From an uncultured Mycoplasmatota bacterium (GTDB lineage Bacteria > Bacillota_I > Bacilli_A > RF39 > UBA660), in assembly GCA_900544625.1 (NCBI GenBank), contig UQVR01000003.1, forward strand, positions 1-63,770: a DNA stretch of 63,770 bases, given 5' to 3'. A model generated the notes under the pieces. The model was not told the origin of the DNA and ran no database searches. It saw only the letters and a list, made by a program, of their open reading frames with translations. A program made the translations under genes and the position numbers. How positions within the stretch are numbered: position 1 is the first letter of the stretch; each line of letters opens with the position of its first letter. This document shows, piece by piece, positions 18,007 to 27,695 of this stretch.

Positions 18007-18883
18007 TCAATTTGAAGTATTAACAACAATTGAAGAAAATGAAAAAAAATTATCTCAGAGGGATATAGCTAAAGAAACTAAGTTGTCACTTGGTACAATT
18101 AATAAAGTTATTTCAGAACTATTAGAAAATAAATTAATTGATAAAGAGAATGCTATTACTCAGAATGGTTTAAAAGTTTTAGAACCATATAGAGTTAAAA
18201 GAGCTATCTTTTTGGCTGCTGGATTTGGTTCTAGACTTGTTCCAATTACATTAAATACCCCTAAACCATTGGTTTTAGTTAATGGAAAAAGAATAATTGA
18301 AACTTTATTAGATGCTGTAGTTAAAGCGGAAATAGAGGAAATTTATATTGTTACAGGATACTTATCAGAACAATTTGAAATTTTAAAGAAAAAATATCCT
18401 CAAATAAAATTTGTTGAAAATAATATGTATAATGAAGCAAATAACATTTCATCTGCGTATTTAGTTAGAAATTTAATAAAAAATGCATATGTTTTAGAAT
18501 CTGACTTATATCTTTATAATCCAAAATTAATAAGAAAATATGAATATCACAGTAATTTTTTAGGATATTATGTTGATAGAAGTGATGATTGGTGTATTGA
18601 AGTTAAAAATGGAATAATAACAAAAGAGAAAGTTGGGGGAATAAATTGCTATCAAATGGTTGGTATTTCTTATTATGATGAAAATGACGGTGTAAATATA
18701 AAAAAGGATATGGAAGAAGTTTTCAAGTCTCCAGGAGGAAAAGAAAAATACTGGGAACAAGTTATTCTTGATATTTGTAAGAAAAATTACAATATATACT
18801 TAAGAGAATGCCAAAAAGAAGACATAATAGAAATTGATACATTTAATGAATTAAAAGCTATTGATAAAACTTATGATGTTTAA
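17990..18883 (+). CDS. winged-helix HTH domain fused to a LicC-like (phosphocholine/phosphonate) cytidylyltransferase-family nucleotidyltransferase
   Basis: N-terminus 'LSQRDIAKETKLSLGTINKVISELLENKLI', then 'AIFLAAGFGSRLVPITLNTPKPLVLVNGKRIIE' (the GxGxR nucleotidyltransferase loop); 17-nt overlap with the permease gene. Confidence 0.7.
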   Translation: MQLTINQFEVLTTIEENEKKLSQRDIAKETKLSLGTINKVISELLENKLIDKENAITQNGLKVLEPYRVKRAIFLAAGFGSRLVPITLNTPKPLVLVNGKRIIETLLDAVVKAEIEEIYIVTGYLSEQFEILKKKYPQIKFVENNMYNEANNISSAYLVRNLIKNAYVLESDLYLYNPKLIRKYEYHSNFLGYYVDRSDDWCIEVKNGIITKEKVGGINCYQMVGISYYDENDGVNIKKDMEEVFKSPGGKEKYWEQVILDICKKNYNIYLRECQKEDIIEIDTFNELKAIDKTYDV

Positions 18884-18894
18884 GGGAGTATTAT

Positions 18895-20352
18895 ATGAAA
18901 AATTCATTATTTAAAAATTCAATGTTTAAAGCTTTATTATCAATTTGTAATATAATTATTCCACTAATTATTGGACCATATGTTACACATTTGCTAAATG
19001 TTGATTTATATGGTTCTTTCAATAGGGTAATATCAGAACTAAATGTTTTTATTGTTATTGGCAGTTTTGGAGTTTATAATTATGGAATTAAAGAGATAAG
19101 TAAAATAAGAAATGATAAAGCAAAAGTAAATGATATGTTTACAAATTTATTTGTAATTTCTTTGATTACTAATTTAATTGTTTGCATAATATATTTATTT
19201 TATGCTTTTTTTACTTCTAGTGGAATTGTTTTGATAATTTATTTAACTTCTTCAGTTCAATTTTTAGCTAATATTTTTTACATGGAATTTGTTAATGAAG
19301 CTTTAGAAAATTACAAATTTATTACAGAAAAAACCTTAATAGTTAGAATTATATATTTATTATGCATTTTTCTTTTTGTAAAAAATGAAAATGATATAAT
19401 ACTGTATTCAATTATATATTCTGGTGTAGTTTTTGTTAACAACATAATTAGTTATTTATATATTAAAAAACATATAAAATTTAATTTTAAAAATTTAAAT
19501 TTGAAGAGATATTTGAAACCATTGTTAATGATTTTTCTTATCGGATCGGTTGAGATTTTATATTTCCAATTAGATAAGGTAATGTTAGGAAAATTAGTTA
19601 GTGATGTATCTGTGTCTATTTATCAAATTCCTTACATGATTATGTCAATGATAATAACTATACCAACGGCTGTAGTGTCAGTGTCGATTCCAAGATTATC
19701 AAATATACTGGCTGAAAAAGGAAAAAAAGAATATGAAGATAAACTTAGTTCTGTTTTTTCTTATTTTATGATTTTAATATTACCTGTATGTTTTGGCGTT
19801 TTTGCTCTTTCTGACGAAATAATTTATTTATATGCTGGTCAAAAATATTTAGAATCAGCTGCTTTGTTAAAAGTGTTTTCTATTACTAGAATATTTATTG
19901 GTTTTGAAGCTTTTATGACGTTGCTAATAATATATATTAATAATAAAGAAAAAAATCTTCTTCAAATATTCTCTTTAGTTGGTTTTTTAAATCTTATTGT
20001 TAATATAGTTCTTTTTAAAATAAATTTATTTAATCCATTAAATGCAGCTCTAAGTACCGGAATATTATATGTTCTTTTAGTTTGTTTAGAGTTTTGGTAC
20101 ATAAGAAAGAAAGTAAATGTAGATGTAAAAATATTTAAGAAAAACAATTTTTTATACCTTTTACTTTCGTTAAGTTTTGTATTAGTTAGTTATTTTACTC
20201 ATTACATATTTGATAACATGTATATTGTTATTTTATCAACTATGTGTTTATGCATTTTAATTTATGTATTTGGACTTTTAATAAGCAAAGATCAAATAAC
20301 TTTAAATACAATAAACAATTTTTTATTAAAGTTTAAAAGGAGAAAATTATGA
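18895..20352 (+). CDS. MOP/Wzx-type oligosaccharide flippase (polysaccharide biosynthesis protein)
   Basis: 485 aa with ~12-14 TM helices and typical Wzx length and topology; GGGAG RBS. Confidence 0.65.
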   Translation: MKNSLFKNSMFKALLSICNIIIPLIIGPYVTHLLNVDLYGSFNRVISELNVFIVIGSFGVYNYGIKEISKIRNDKAKVNDMFTNLFVISLITNLIVCIIYLFYAFFTSSGIVLIIYLTSSVQFLANIFYMEFVNEALENYKFITEKTLIVRIIYLLCIFLFVKNENDIILYSIIYSGVVFVNNIISYLYIKKHIKFNFKNLNLKRYLKPLLMIFLIGSVEILYFQLDKVMLGKLVSDVSVSIYQIPYMIMSMIITIPTAVVSVSIPRLSNILAEKGKKEYEDKLSSVFSYFMILILPVCFGVFALSDEIIYLYAGQKYLESAALLKVFSITRIFIGFEAFMTLLIIYINNKEKNLLQIFSLVGFLNLIVNIVLFKINLFNPLNAALSTGILYVLLVCLEFWYIRKKVNVDVKIFKKNNFLYLLLSLSFVLVSYFTHYIFDNMYIVILSTMCLCILIYVFGLLISKDQITLNTINNFLLKFKRRKL

Positions 20353-22112
20353 AAAAAAACGTTATAATGATTGTTTTGGATTCTGTAACATATGAAAATA
20401 CTTTATCGAATGTTGGAAAGGCTTGTCCAATGCCATTTTTACATTCATTAATGAAAAAAGGAATTAATGCTACAAAAGTGTATTCTGAAGCCCCTTATAC
20501 TGAAGCTGCTTTAGTTTCACTTTTATGTGGTGATAATACATTAGATAAAACAGGACATATGAAAAGAAATTTAAATCATAAGACTCTTTTAGAAACTTTT
20601 GAAGATAATGGTTATGAAATATTCTCTAATGCTTATCAGCCAGCAATTTATCCTAGTGGACAAATGCATGAATTCAAAAATAGATTTTATAATTTTCCTT
20701 TTTTATTTTCTCAAGAGTGGGATTATAGGCTTAAATATTTTAGTGAAATAAAAGATTTAAGTAATGATGAATTAAATTTAGTAGTGGATATTTTAAATGA
20801 TAATTTTAAAGCGTGGCTTAAATATTTTAAAGATATTCAAATTAAATCAAAATCATTAGATTTAATATATGATACATTAGATTTGACTGATTTTGATAAT
20901 AGTTATAATATTTTGAAAAATGAATATAATAATTTTAAAAAAAATAAAAGTTCTTACGCAAAAAAAGTATTAGAATTAAAAAATGAACATATTTTAGCTA
21001 AAATTAAAAATTATGAAGAAATGAATAGAGTAAATAAAAGTTTTAAGAAAAATATGCAAAAAAAGTATATGAGGTTTTTAAAAAAAGTTTTATATAAAAA
21101 TTTTTGGCTAAATTTAAAAAACAATCGACTTTCATTTATAACAATAAAGAATTTTCTTAAAGCTAAGGAATATAAAAAAGTTATTAGATATTTTATAAAT
21201 TATTTAAATGCTTTGATAGATAAAGACCTTTTAGGAAGATTAAAACTTTATGATAGAGTTAAAATGGTTCCTAGTTTATATAAAATGCTTAATCACTTTT
21301 TAGATTGGCATGAAAATCGAAGTAATAATAAGCCATATTTTGCATACATCCATGCTGAAGATAATCATTTCCCTGAAACTTTTTTTACATATGATGAGGA
21401 AAATGAAAATCTGTTAAATCAAGAATTTGATGAAGCTAAAAAATATTTAGCAAGTATTAATGGAAAATATAAAGGTTCAATAGCTTATGATTTATCATTA
21501 AATTATGCTGATAATACATTGAAAAGATTTTTTGAAAAACTTGATAATAAAAAAATGTTAGATGATACAATTATTTTAATAACAGCTGATCATGGATTTT
21601 CGTATTATTATAACCCTATAAGGGAACAGTTTGTGACAAATTTTTATAATGAAACATATCATATTCCTTTGGCTATATATGATAAAGATTTAAAACATAA
21701 GTGTTTAGACAACTTTTTTATGTCAAAGGATATTTTTCCAACTCTTTTGGATTTAGTTGGTCTTAAAGTATCTAGTGATATAGATTCTAAATCATTGTTA
21801 AAATTTGATGGAAGAGATTATGCTTTGATTGAATATATGGGCGGAGGATGTCCAGATTATTATCGAAGAAATTTGCTTATAGGTTTGAGAAATAAAAAAG
21901 TAAGTTTTGTTCTTTCAATTCCATTAGATAATTTTTCAAAATACAAATTTATGACTTTCTTTGATTTAGAAAAAGATCCTATGGAAAAAAATAATTTAAT
22001 CTATTCAAAAATTGATATAAATTCGATACAAAATGAATTAAAAATAATAGAAAAAAGATTTGAAAATATAAAAAAAGAAATAGAAATTAAATATTCTGGT
22101 AGTTTTTATTAA
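20349..22112 (+). CDS. sulfatase/alkaline-phosphatase-superfamily transferase-like protein without TM segments
   Basis: 'VIMIVLDSVTYEN', 'SEAPYTEAALVSLLCG' (Thr in the nucleophile position, as in LtaS/EptA-type enzymes rather than Cys/Ser-xPxR sulfatases), 'ILITADHGFS'; ATGA overlap with the flippase gene. Confidence 0.65.
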   Translation: MKKNVIMIVLDSVTYENTLSNVGKACPMPFLHSLMKKGINATKVYSEAPYTEAALVSLLCGDNTLDKTGHMKRNLNHKTLLETFEDNGYEIFSNAYQPAIYPSGQMHEFKNRFYNFPFLFSQEWDYRLKYFSEIKDLSNDELNLVVDILNDNFKAWLKYFKDIQIKSKSLDLIYDTLDLTDFDNSYNILKNEYNNFKKNKSSYAKKVLELKNEHILAKIKNYEEMNRVNKSFKKNMQKKYMRFLKKVLYKNFWLNLKNNRLSFITIKNFLKAKEYKKVIRYFINYLNALIDKDLLGRLKLYDRVKMVPSLYKMLNHFLDWHENRSNNKPYFAYIHAEDNHFPETFFTYDEENENLLNQEFDEAKKYLASINGKYKGSIAYDLSLNYADNTLKRFFEKLDNKKMLDDTIILITADHGFSYYYNPIREQFVTNFYNETYHIPLAIYDKDLKHKCLDNFFMSKDIFPTLLDLVGLKVSSDIDSKSLLKFDGRDYALIEYMGGGCPDYYRRNLLIGLRNKKVSFVLSIPLDNFSKYKFMTFFDLEKDPMEKNNLIYSKIDINSIQNELKIIEKRFENIKKEIEIKYSGSFY

Positions 22113-22164
22113 AATTATATGATAAAATGAATTAGTGGGGAAAATTTGATGTGAGGTATGTACA

Positions 22165-23568
22165 ATGAAAATTAGTAAATATTTAAATGAAAAAAATGTA
22201 AATAATCTTATAAATATAGTGATTATTTTTTTGGTATGCTTTATTCCATTTAGGGAATATATATCATATTATACAATATCTTATATCAAATTTCTTCCTG
22301 ATATAATTATATTTGTTACTTTTGTTTTTTTATTATTATTTAAAAAAATCAAAATTAGATTTTCAGCATCTGATATTATCATTTTATTGTTTGCTTTAGT
22401 GACTTTTATTACTAATATATGTCTCAATCAAAGAGGAATTTTACCATTCTTGTTAGAATTAAGAAGTCTGTTTTTATATTATGTGCTTTATTACATTTTA
22501 AGAAATACAAAGATTGAAATTAATTGGAATTTATTTTCCAAAGTATTAAGTTTGGTTATTTTTATTGTTTCTATATTTTCTATAGTGGAAAAAATTTTTA
22601 ATAAAGATTTTTTGTTTCCTAATGCATGGGCAAGTTCTATTGTATATAAAGATAATTTTGCTAGAGTTTATTCTGTATTTAATAATCCAAATACTTATGC
22701 AACATTCATTGTTTTATCGTTTTTTTTACTAAATTATTTAGAATATTATAAAGATGTAAAATGTTATAAATTCATTTATGTTTTGTTGTTAATTAATTTA
22801 TGGCTAAGTGCATCACGTAGTTCTATGATTATTTTGGCTATGTACATTTTAGTATATTTGATTTTGCTTATAAAAAATAGAAATAAAAGTAAGCTGTTAG
22901 GTTTGCTAATAATTGTACTTATATCTTCAATTTGTATTTTTGGAATTAGTAAAATGTCAAATAATTATTATTTTGCAACTGTTGTTGATAAAAAACCTGC
23001 TGGAGTTATTGATGTAATTATCAATGCAAATGGACACAGACATAATAATCCATTAAATCCTAATTCAAACAAATATAATTCAGATATCATTGATGATATT
23101 GCTAAAAGAGAAAGTGGCGGGTTAATAAATAGAATTCTTAGTTTATTTAAAGGAAACATATATGATTTGAGTACTAAAGACGGAAGAATATATAAAATAA
23201 TGGTTGGTATAAAAGTGTTTAAAGATTACCCTGTAATTGGAAGTGGTTTTGGTACTTTTGGTGATAGTGCCAGCCTAATAATAAATCCTATTGATTTTTA
23301 TGAAAAGTATGATTTAGAAGATAATTTTTATTCTGATAATCAATATTTAACAATAATTGTTGAATGTGGAATTTTAGGTACAGTTTTAATGGCAGCATTT
23401 GTTATTTCTTTAATTATAAAATATAGAAAGAATATTTTGAAGTTAACAGTAGTTTTTTGTATTATGATTTTATGTTTATTTTATAATACTCTCGAAGTAC
23501 AAATAGCTATGTTTATGTTTTACTTATTTTTGTGTTTACCCGAAAAGGAGAATGTCAATGAAAAGTAA
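22165..23568 (+). CDS. O-antigen ligase/polymerase-like (Wzy_C-type) membrane protein
   Basis: Polytopic; 'LWLSASRSSMIIL' followed by a large extracytoplasmic loop and more TM helices. Confidence 0.6.
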   Translation: MKISKYLNEKNVNNLINIVIIFLVCFIPFREYISYYTISYIKFLPDIIIFVTFVFLLLFKKIKIRFSASDIIILLFALVTFITNICLNQRGILPFLLELRSLFLYYVLYYILRNTKIEINWNLFSKVLSLVIFIVSIFSIVEKIFNKDFLFPNAWASSIVYKDNFARVYSVFNNPNTYATFIVLSFFLLNYLEYYKDVKCYKFIYVLLLINLWLSASRSSMIILAMYILVYLILLIKNRNKSKLLGLLIIVLISSICIFGISKMSNNYYFATVVDKKPAGVIDVIINANGHRHNNPLNPNSNKYNSDIIDDIAKRESGGLINRILSLFKGNIYDLSTKDGRIYKIMVGIKVFKDYPVIGSGFGTFGDSASLIINPIDFYEKYDLEDNFYSDNQYLTIIVECGILGTVLMAAFVISLIIKYRKNILKLTVVFCIMILCLFYNTLEVQIAMFMFYLFLCLPEKENVNEK

Positions 23569-24631
23569 AGCAAGAATATTAAATTATGATTTGTTAAGAA
23601 TTGTAGCAATGATAGGCGTTGTACTTATTCATGTTAATGGTTTTTACCTCTATTCAGTTGATGTAAATAGTAAAAGATTTATCATTCTTAATGCTTTCAC
23701 GAGTTTAGTTAGATTTTCTGCTCCTGCTTTTATTATGATATCTGGTGCTTTTTTTCTAAACCCTAAGAAGGAATTAACAACTAAGAGAATATATCATAAA
23801 TACATATCTAGAGTTTTGATAGCTTTATTGGCAACCAATTTGATTTATATTTTATACTTTTATTTTATTGTGAATGGCTATAGAGGTTTTGAGTGGATAA
23901 AATTATTTTTAGTTAGAACCATTAATGGGGATCCTTCTGCTGAGCAATTATGGTATTTGTATGCTGCAATATGGCTATATATGTTAACTCCAATTTTGAG
24001 AAAAATAACTGCTAACTCATCAAAAAAAGAAATTGAATATTTTTTACTTATAGGATTTATTTTTACTGTTTTCTTTCCAACTTTAACAACGTTTTCATCT
24101 TTTCAAAATCTAAAATTTGTAAACTTTGTTCATAGTATGGGAGTAGATTTAAAAATTAATTATATATTGTATTTTTTTGCAGGATATTATATTGATACTT
24201 ATTGGAATGAAAAAATGAAAAAGTATAATAAATATGCTTATGTTTTATATGTTTTATCTATTTTGTATACTATTGTTGGTGGGACATACATATCGATAAA
24301 TAATAGAACTGCCACATTATCAAATGTTTATTATTATTTTTCTGTTAATGTTTTTATGTCAACTATTGCTATATTTATTATATTTAAGAGCTTAAAAATT
24401 AACGAAGATAACCATAAATTGGTTAGTGTAATAAATTATTTGTCGTCTCGTTCTTTTGGGGTTTATTTGATACACGTTTTGTTAATATCAATATTTTATA
24501 AATATGTTCCAAATATAAATGAGGTAGTATTAGTTCCACTTTTTACGCTGTTTGTGGTGTTTTTGAGTTTGATTTTAACTGAAATATTAGGGCTTATACC
24601 TTTTATTAGAAAAAAAATATTTATGTATTAA
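23558..24631 (+). CDS. acyltransferase family 3 (membrane O-acyltransferase)
   Basis: 'NYDLLRIVAMIGVVLIHV', ~10 TM helices; AAGGAG RBS favours the ATG at 23558 over the track start 23552. Confidence 0.7.
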   Translation: MKSKARILNYDLLRIVAMIGVVLIHVNGFYLYSVDVNSKRFIILNAFTSLVRFSAPAFIMISGAFFLNPKKELTTKRIYHKYISRVLIALLATNLIYILYFYFIVNGYRGFEWIKLFLVRTINGDPSAEQLWYLYAAIWLYMLTPILRKITANSSKKEIEYFLLIGFIFTVFFPTLTTFSSFQNLKFVNFVHSMGVDLKINYILYFFAGYYIDTYWNEKMKKYNKYAYVLYVLSILYTIVGGTYISINNRTATLSNVYYYFSVNVFMSTIAIFIIFKSLKINEDNHKLVSVINYLSSRSFGVYLIHVLLISIFYKYVPNINEVVLVPLFTLFVVFLSLILTEILGLIPFIRKKIFMY

Positions 24632-24641
24632 AGGAGTAGAT

Positions 24642-25760
24642 ATGAAAAAAATAACCATCTTAGCTTTACATTTAAATTTTGGAGGAGTAGAAAAGTATAT
24701 ATCTTCATTATGTAAAATGCTTGAAGACGACTATGATATTGAGTTAATAGTTACATATAGAAGTAAACCAGCCTTTGATTTTAGTAGAAAAATTAAGATT
24801 AGGTATTTAATAGATGGCATGCCAAATAAGGACGAATTTAAAAAAAGTTTAAAGAATAAACAAATTTTTAAAACTTTTAAAGAAGGAATTATAGCTGCTA
24901 AAATGCTATTATTAAAGAGAATATTAAATATAAAGGCCATAAAAAACATAGAAAGCGATTATATTATTACAACTAGAGAATTTCATAGTAAGTTAGTTGG
25001 AAAATACGCAAAAAAGAATATAGTAAAAATAGCTACTGAACATAATTATCATAATAATGACGTTAAGTATGTGAATAAACTTTTAAAGTCCGTAGCCAAT
25101 TTCAACTTTTTAGTAGTGGTTTCCAATGAATTAAAAGAATATTACAATAAATTGTCAAAGACAAAAGTTGTATATATACCAAATACTATTGATTTTATTC
25201 CTAAAGAAAAAAGTAAATTAAATAAAAATAACATTGTTGCAGTTGGAAGGTTTTCAAAAGAAAAAGGGTTTGTAGATTTGATTGATGTTTTTAAATTAGT
25301 GAATAATGAAATTGATGATTCAAAATTGTATTTAATAGGTGATGGAAATCAAATGCCATTGATAAAAGAAAAAATTGATAATTATGGATTAAATGGTAAA
25401 GTGATATTAACAGGATTTTTATCTCAATCAGAAATAAAAAATTTTTATTTAGAATCGAAATTATATGTTATGACTTCTTATACCGAAAGTTTTGGGCTTG
25501 TCTTAATTGAAGCAATGAGTTACGGACTTCCTTGTGTCGCATTTGATTGTGCTTCTGGTGCTCGTGAAATAATTAATGAAAATAATGGTGTTTTAATAAG
25601 TGATCGAAACAGCCAAGATATGGCAAAAGAAATTATTAAATTATTTAAAGATTCTGAAAGATTAAAAAAACTTGCTGCACAGACTTTAAATACTTGCAAA
25701 AAGTATTCAATGGATGAAGTAAAACAAAAATGGATGAACTTGTTGGAGGATAAAAAATGA
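24642..25760 (+). CDS. glycosyltransferase family 4
   Basis: 'VGRFSKEKGF' and 'ESFGLVLIEAMSYGLPCVAFDC' (E-x7-E region). Confidence 0.8.
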   Translation: MKKITILALHLNFGGVEKYISSLCKMLEDDYDIELIVTYRSKPAFDFSRKIKIRYLIDGMPNKDEFKKSLKNKQIFKTFKEGIIAAKMLLLKRILNIKAIKNIESDYIITTREFHSKLVGKYAKKNIVKIATEHNYHNNDVKYVNKLLKSVANFNFLVVVSNELKEYYNKLSKTKVVYIPNTIDFIPKEKSKLNKNNIVAVGRFSKEKGFVDLIDVFKLVNNEIDDSKLYLIGDGNQMPLIKEKIDNYGLNGKVILTGFLSQSEIKNFYLESKLYVMTSYTESFGLVLIEAMSYGLPCVAFDCASGAREIINENNGVLISDRNSQDMAKEIIKLFKDSERLKKLAAQTLNTCKKYSMDEVKQKWMNLLEDKK

Positions 25761-26467
25761 AAAAATATTTAAAAATAATATATGAAAAAAGTGAGAAAGA
25801 ATATTTTAATTTGTTAAAAGAGTATTTAGAAAATAATGAAAAGAAGTTTATCATAACTGCTAATCCAGAAACGCTAACGATGGCTGAAACTGATGAAGAA
25901 GTAAGTAAGATGTTACTAGATAAAAATAACAGTGTAGTTCCTGATGGAATCGCTATTGTTAAGGCTTGTAAAACGCTTGATATTCCTGTGACAGAAAGAA
26001 TTGCGGGGGTAGACATTGCAGAATATTTGTTACATGAAGCATCACAATTAAAGAAAAAAGTTTATTTGTTTGGTAGTAAACAAGAAGTTATAGATGGAAT
26101 GAAAAATGTAATTAAAAAGAAATATTCTGGAATAAAACTAGTAGGTGCTACAAATGGATACATTGAAGATAAAGATAAAGAATTTGAAAATATAAAAAAA
26201 GCTAAACCTGATGTAATCATGGTTGCTTTGGGAATTCCTTATCAAGAAAAATTAATTTATAAGCATTTAAAAGATTTTGAGAAAGGAATATTCATTGGTG
26301 TTGGTGGTTCATTTGATGTTTTAAGTGGTACTAAAAAAAGAGCCCCTAAAATATTTATAAAATTAAATTTAGAATGGCTGTATAGAATTATGTGTGAACC
26401 TAAAAGATTAAAAAGATTTTGGAATAATAATGTTAAATTTATATTAAAAATAAAAAAAGAAAAATAG
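25757..26467 (+). CDS. tagA: WecB/TagA/CpsF-family N-acetylmannosaminyltransferase
   Basis: 'ANPETLTMA...VVPDGIAIV', 'GIPYQEKLI', 'GVGGSFDVLSG', 'EWLYRIMCEPKRLKRF'; ATGA overlap with the GT4 gene. Confidence 0.8.
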   Translation: MKKYLKIIYEKSEKEYFNLLKEYLENNEKKFIITANPETLTMAETDEEVSKMLLDKNNSVVPDGIAIVKACKTLDIPVTERIAGVDIAEYLLHEASQLKKKVYLFGSKQEVIDGMKNVIKKKYSGIKLVGATNGYIEDKDKEFENIKKAKPDVIMVALGIPYQEKLIYKHLKDFEKGIFIGVGGSFDVLSGTKKRAPKIFIKLNLEWLYRIMCEPKRLKRFWNNNVKFILKIKKEK

Positions 26468-26510
26468 ATTATAATTTATAAAGTTATTAAAGAAAATAGA
26501 GGAAAATGAA

Positions 26511-27686
26511 ATGAATAAAGTAAAGATCAAACAATTAATTAACATAATGTTCTTGATATGTATTTTTATATATATTTTATTTAGTTTAATAAGGTCTTTT
26601 GTTAGACCAGATGAAATTATTGAAATGGAAAATCGGTATGCAAATAAATATGATTCAATTTCTTTAAAAAAGTATGTTGATGGGAGTATACAAAAAAATA
26701 TAGAAAACACGTTATCAGATCAAGTTATATTGTCTTCAAGATTAAAAAAAGGTAACAATTATATAAAAGGTTTAACATTAAAAGCGTATGTTGATTTATA
26801 TTATAAAAAACATGATTTAGATTACCTAAATGCAGGCGATGTTAATTTTTATGGTCCAGAAAATTTGGTTTATTATTATAGAGATTTAAATAATATATCT
26901 CAATATTTAGATAAAAAAATTGAAAACTATAATTCTTTTGCAAATAAGAATAAAGATGTTGATGTATATTTATATTATATAGAAAAAGATACAGATATAA
27001 ACTTTAAAACTGATAAAAAAATTGATATTTTTGAATATCTTCAAAAAAGATTAAATAATATTAAAGATTCTAAGTTTGAAATTGATAACTTTGAAGATTT
27101 TAAAGAATATTTTTATAAAACTGATCATCATTGGAACTATAAGGGTTCATATAAAGCCTATACTGAAGTTTTGGATTTAATGAATATAAGTAATCCAGTT
27201 AAGTATGCTGATGAGATTTGTTTAAGTAAAAGTTTTAGTGGGTCAAAAGCAAGTGCATCTGTTTTTAATAGAATTATGAAAGATGATTTTTGTGCTTATA
27301 ACTTTAATTTTAGTAATTTAGATATTACTGTTAATGGTGAGAAAAAAGACTATGGTGCTCAAGCTGAATTTTTTAATAATACTACTGACCTAAATATTAC
27401 TTATGGTAATTTTTATGGTTGGGATGATGGAGAAGTAATATTTAAAAATAATAATAGTGATTCTAAAGATAATTTACTTGTAATTGGTGAATCTTATGAT
27501 AATGCAATATTAAAATTGTTGGCTGAAAAATATAATACAACAATATCCATTGATTTGAGAAATTATAAGTATTATATGCAAAAGGATTTTGATTTTCAAT
27601 ATTATAAAGAAAAGTATAATATTAATAAAGTTTTATTTATAGGAAATGTAGACTTTTATGTAATGGATGAGTTTATGGTTAATTAG
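26511..27686 (+). CDS. DHHW-motif (AlgJ/AlgX-like) protein, N-terminally anchored
   Basis: N-terminal TM; 'KTDHHWNYKGSYKAY' motif; located directly upstream of the MBOAT gene. Confidence 0.65.
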   Translation: MNKVKIKQLINIMFLICIFIYILFSLIRSFVRPDEIIEMENRYANKYDSISLKKYVDGSIQKNIENTLSDQVILSSRLKKGNNYIKGLTLKAYVDLYYKKHDLDYLNAGDVNFYGPENLVYYYRDLNNISQYLDKKIENYNSFANKNKDVDVYLYYIEKDTDINFKTDKKIDIFEYLQKRLNNIKDSKFEIDNFEDFKEYFYKTDHHWNYKGSYKAYTEVLDLMNISNPVKYADEICLSKSFSGSKASASVFNRIMKDDFCAYNFNFSNLDITVNGEKKDYGAQAEFFNNTTDLNITYGNFYGWDDGEVIFKNNNSDSKDNLLVIGESYDNAILKLLAEKYNTTISIDLRNYKYYMQKDFDFQYYKEKYNINKVLFIGNVDFYVMDEFMVN

Positions 27687-27695
27687 GAGGCAATT

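Noticed and set aside
25645-26016. Antisense ORFs within well-supported genes. Examples: 25645-26016, 26444-26710, 31812-32123, 34479-34847, 38469-38750, 39279-39563, 42148-42339, 42457-42774, 51780-52058, 59133-59450, and the many 60-90-aa entries
   Set aside because: Each lies opposite or out of frame to a gene with clear catalytic motifs. They lack RBSs and have the Ile/Leu/Phe/Ser/Asn-rich composition expected by chance in AT-rich DNA.
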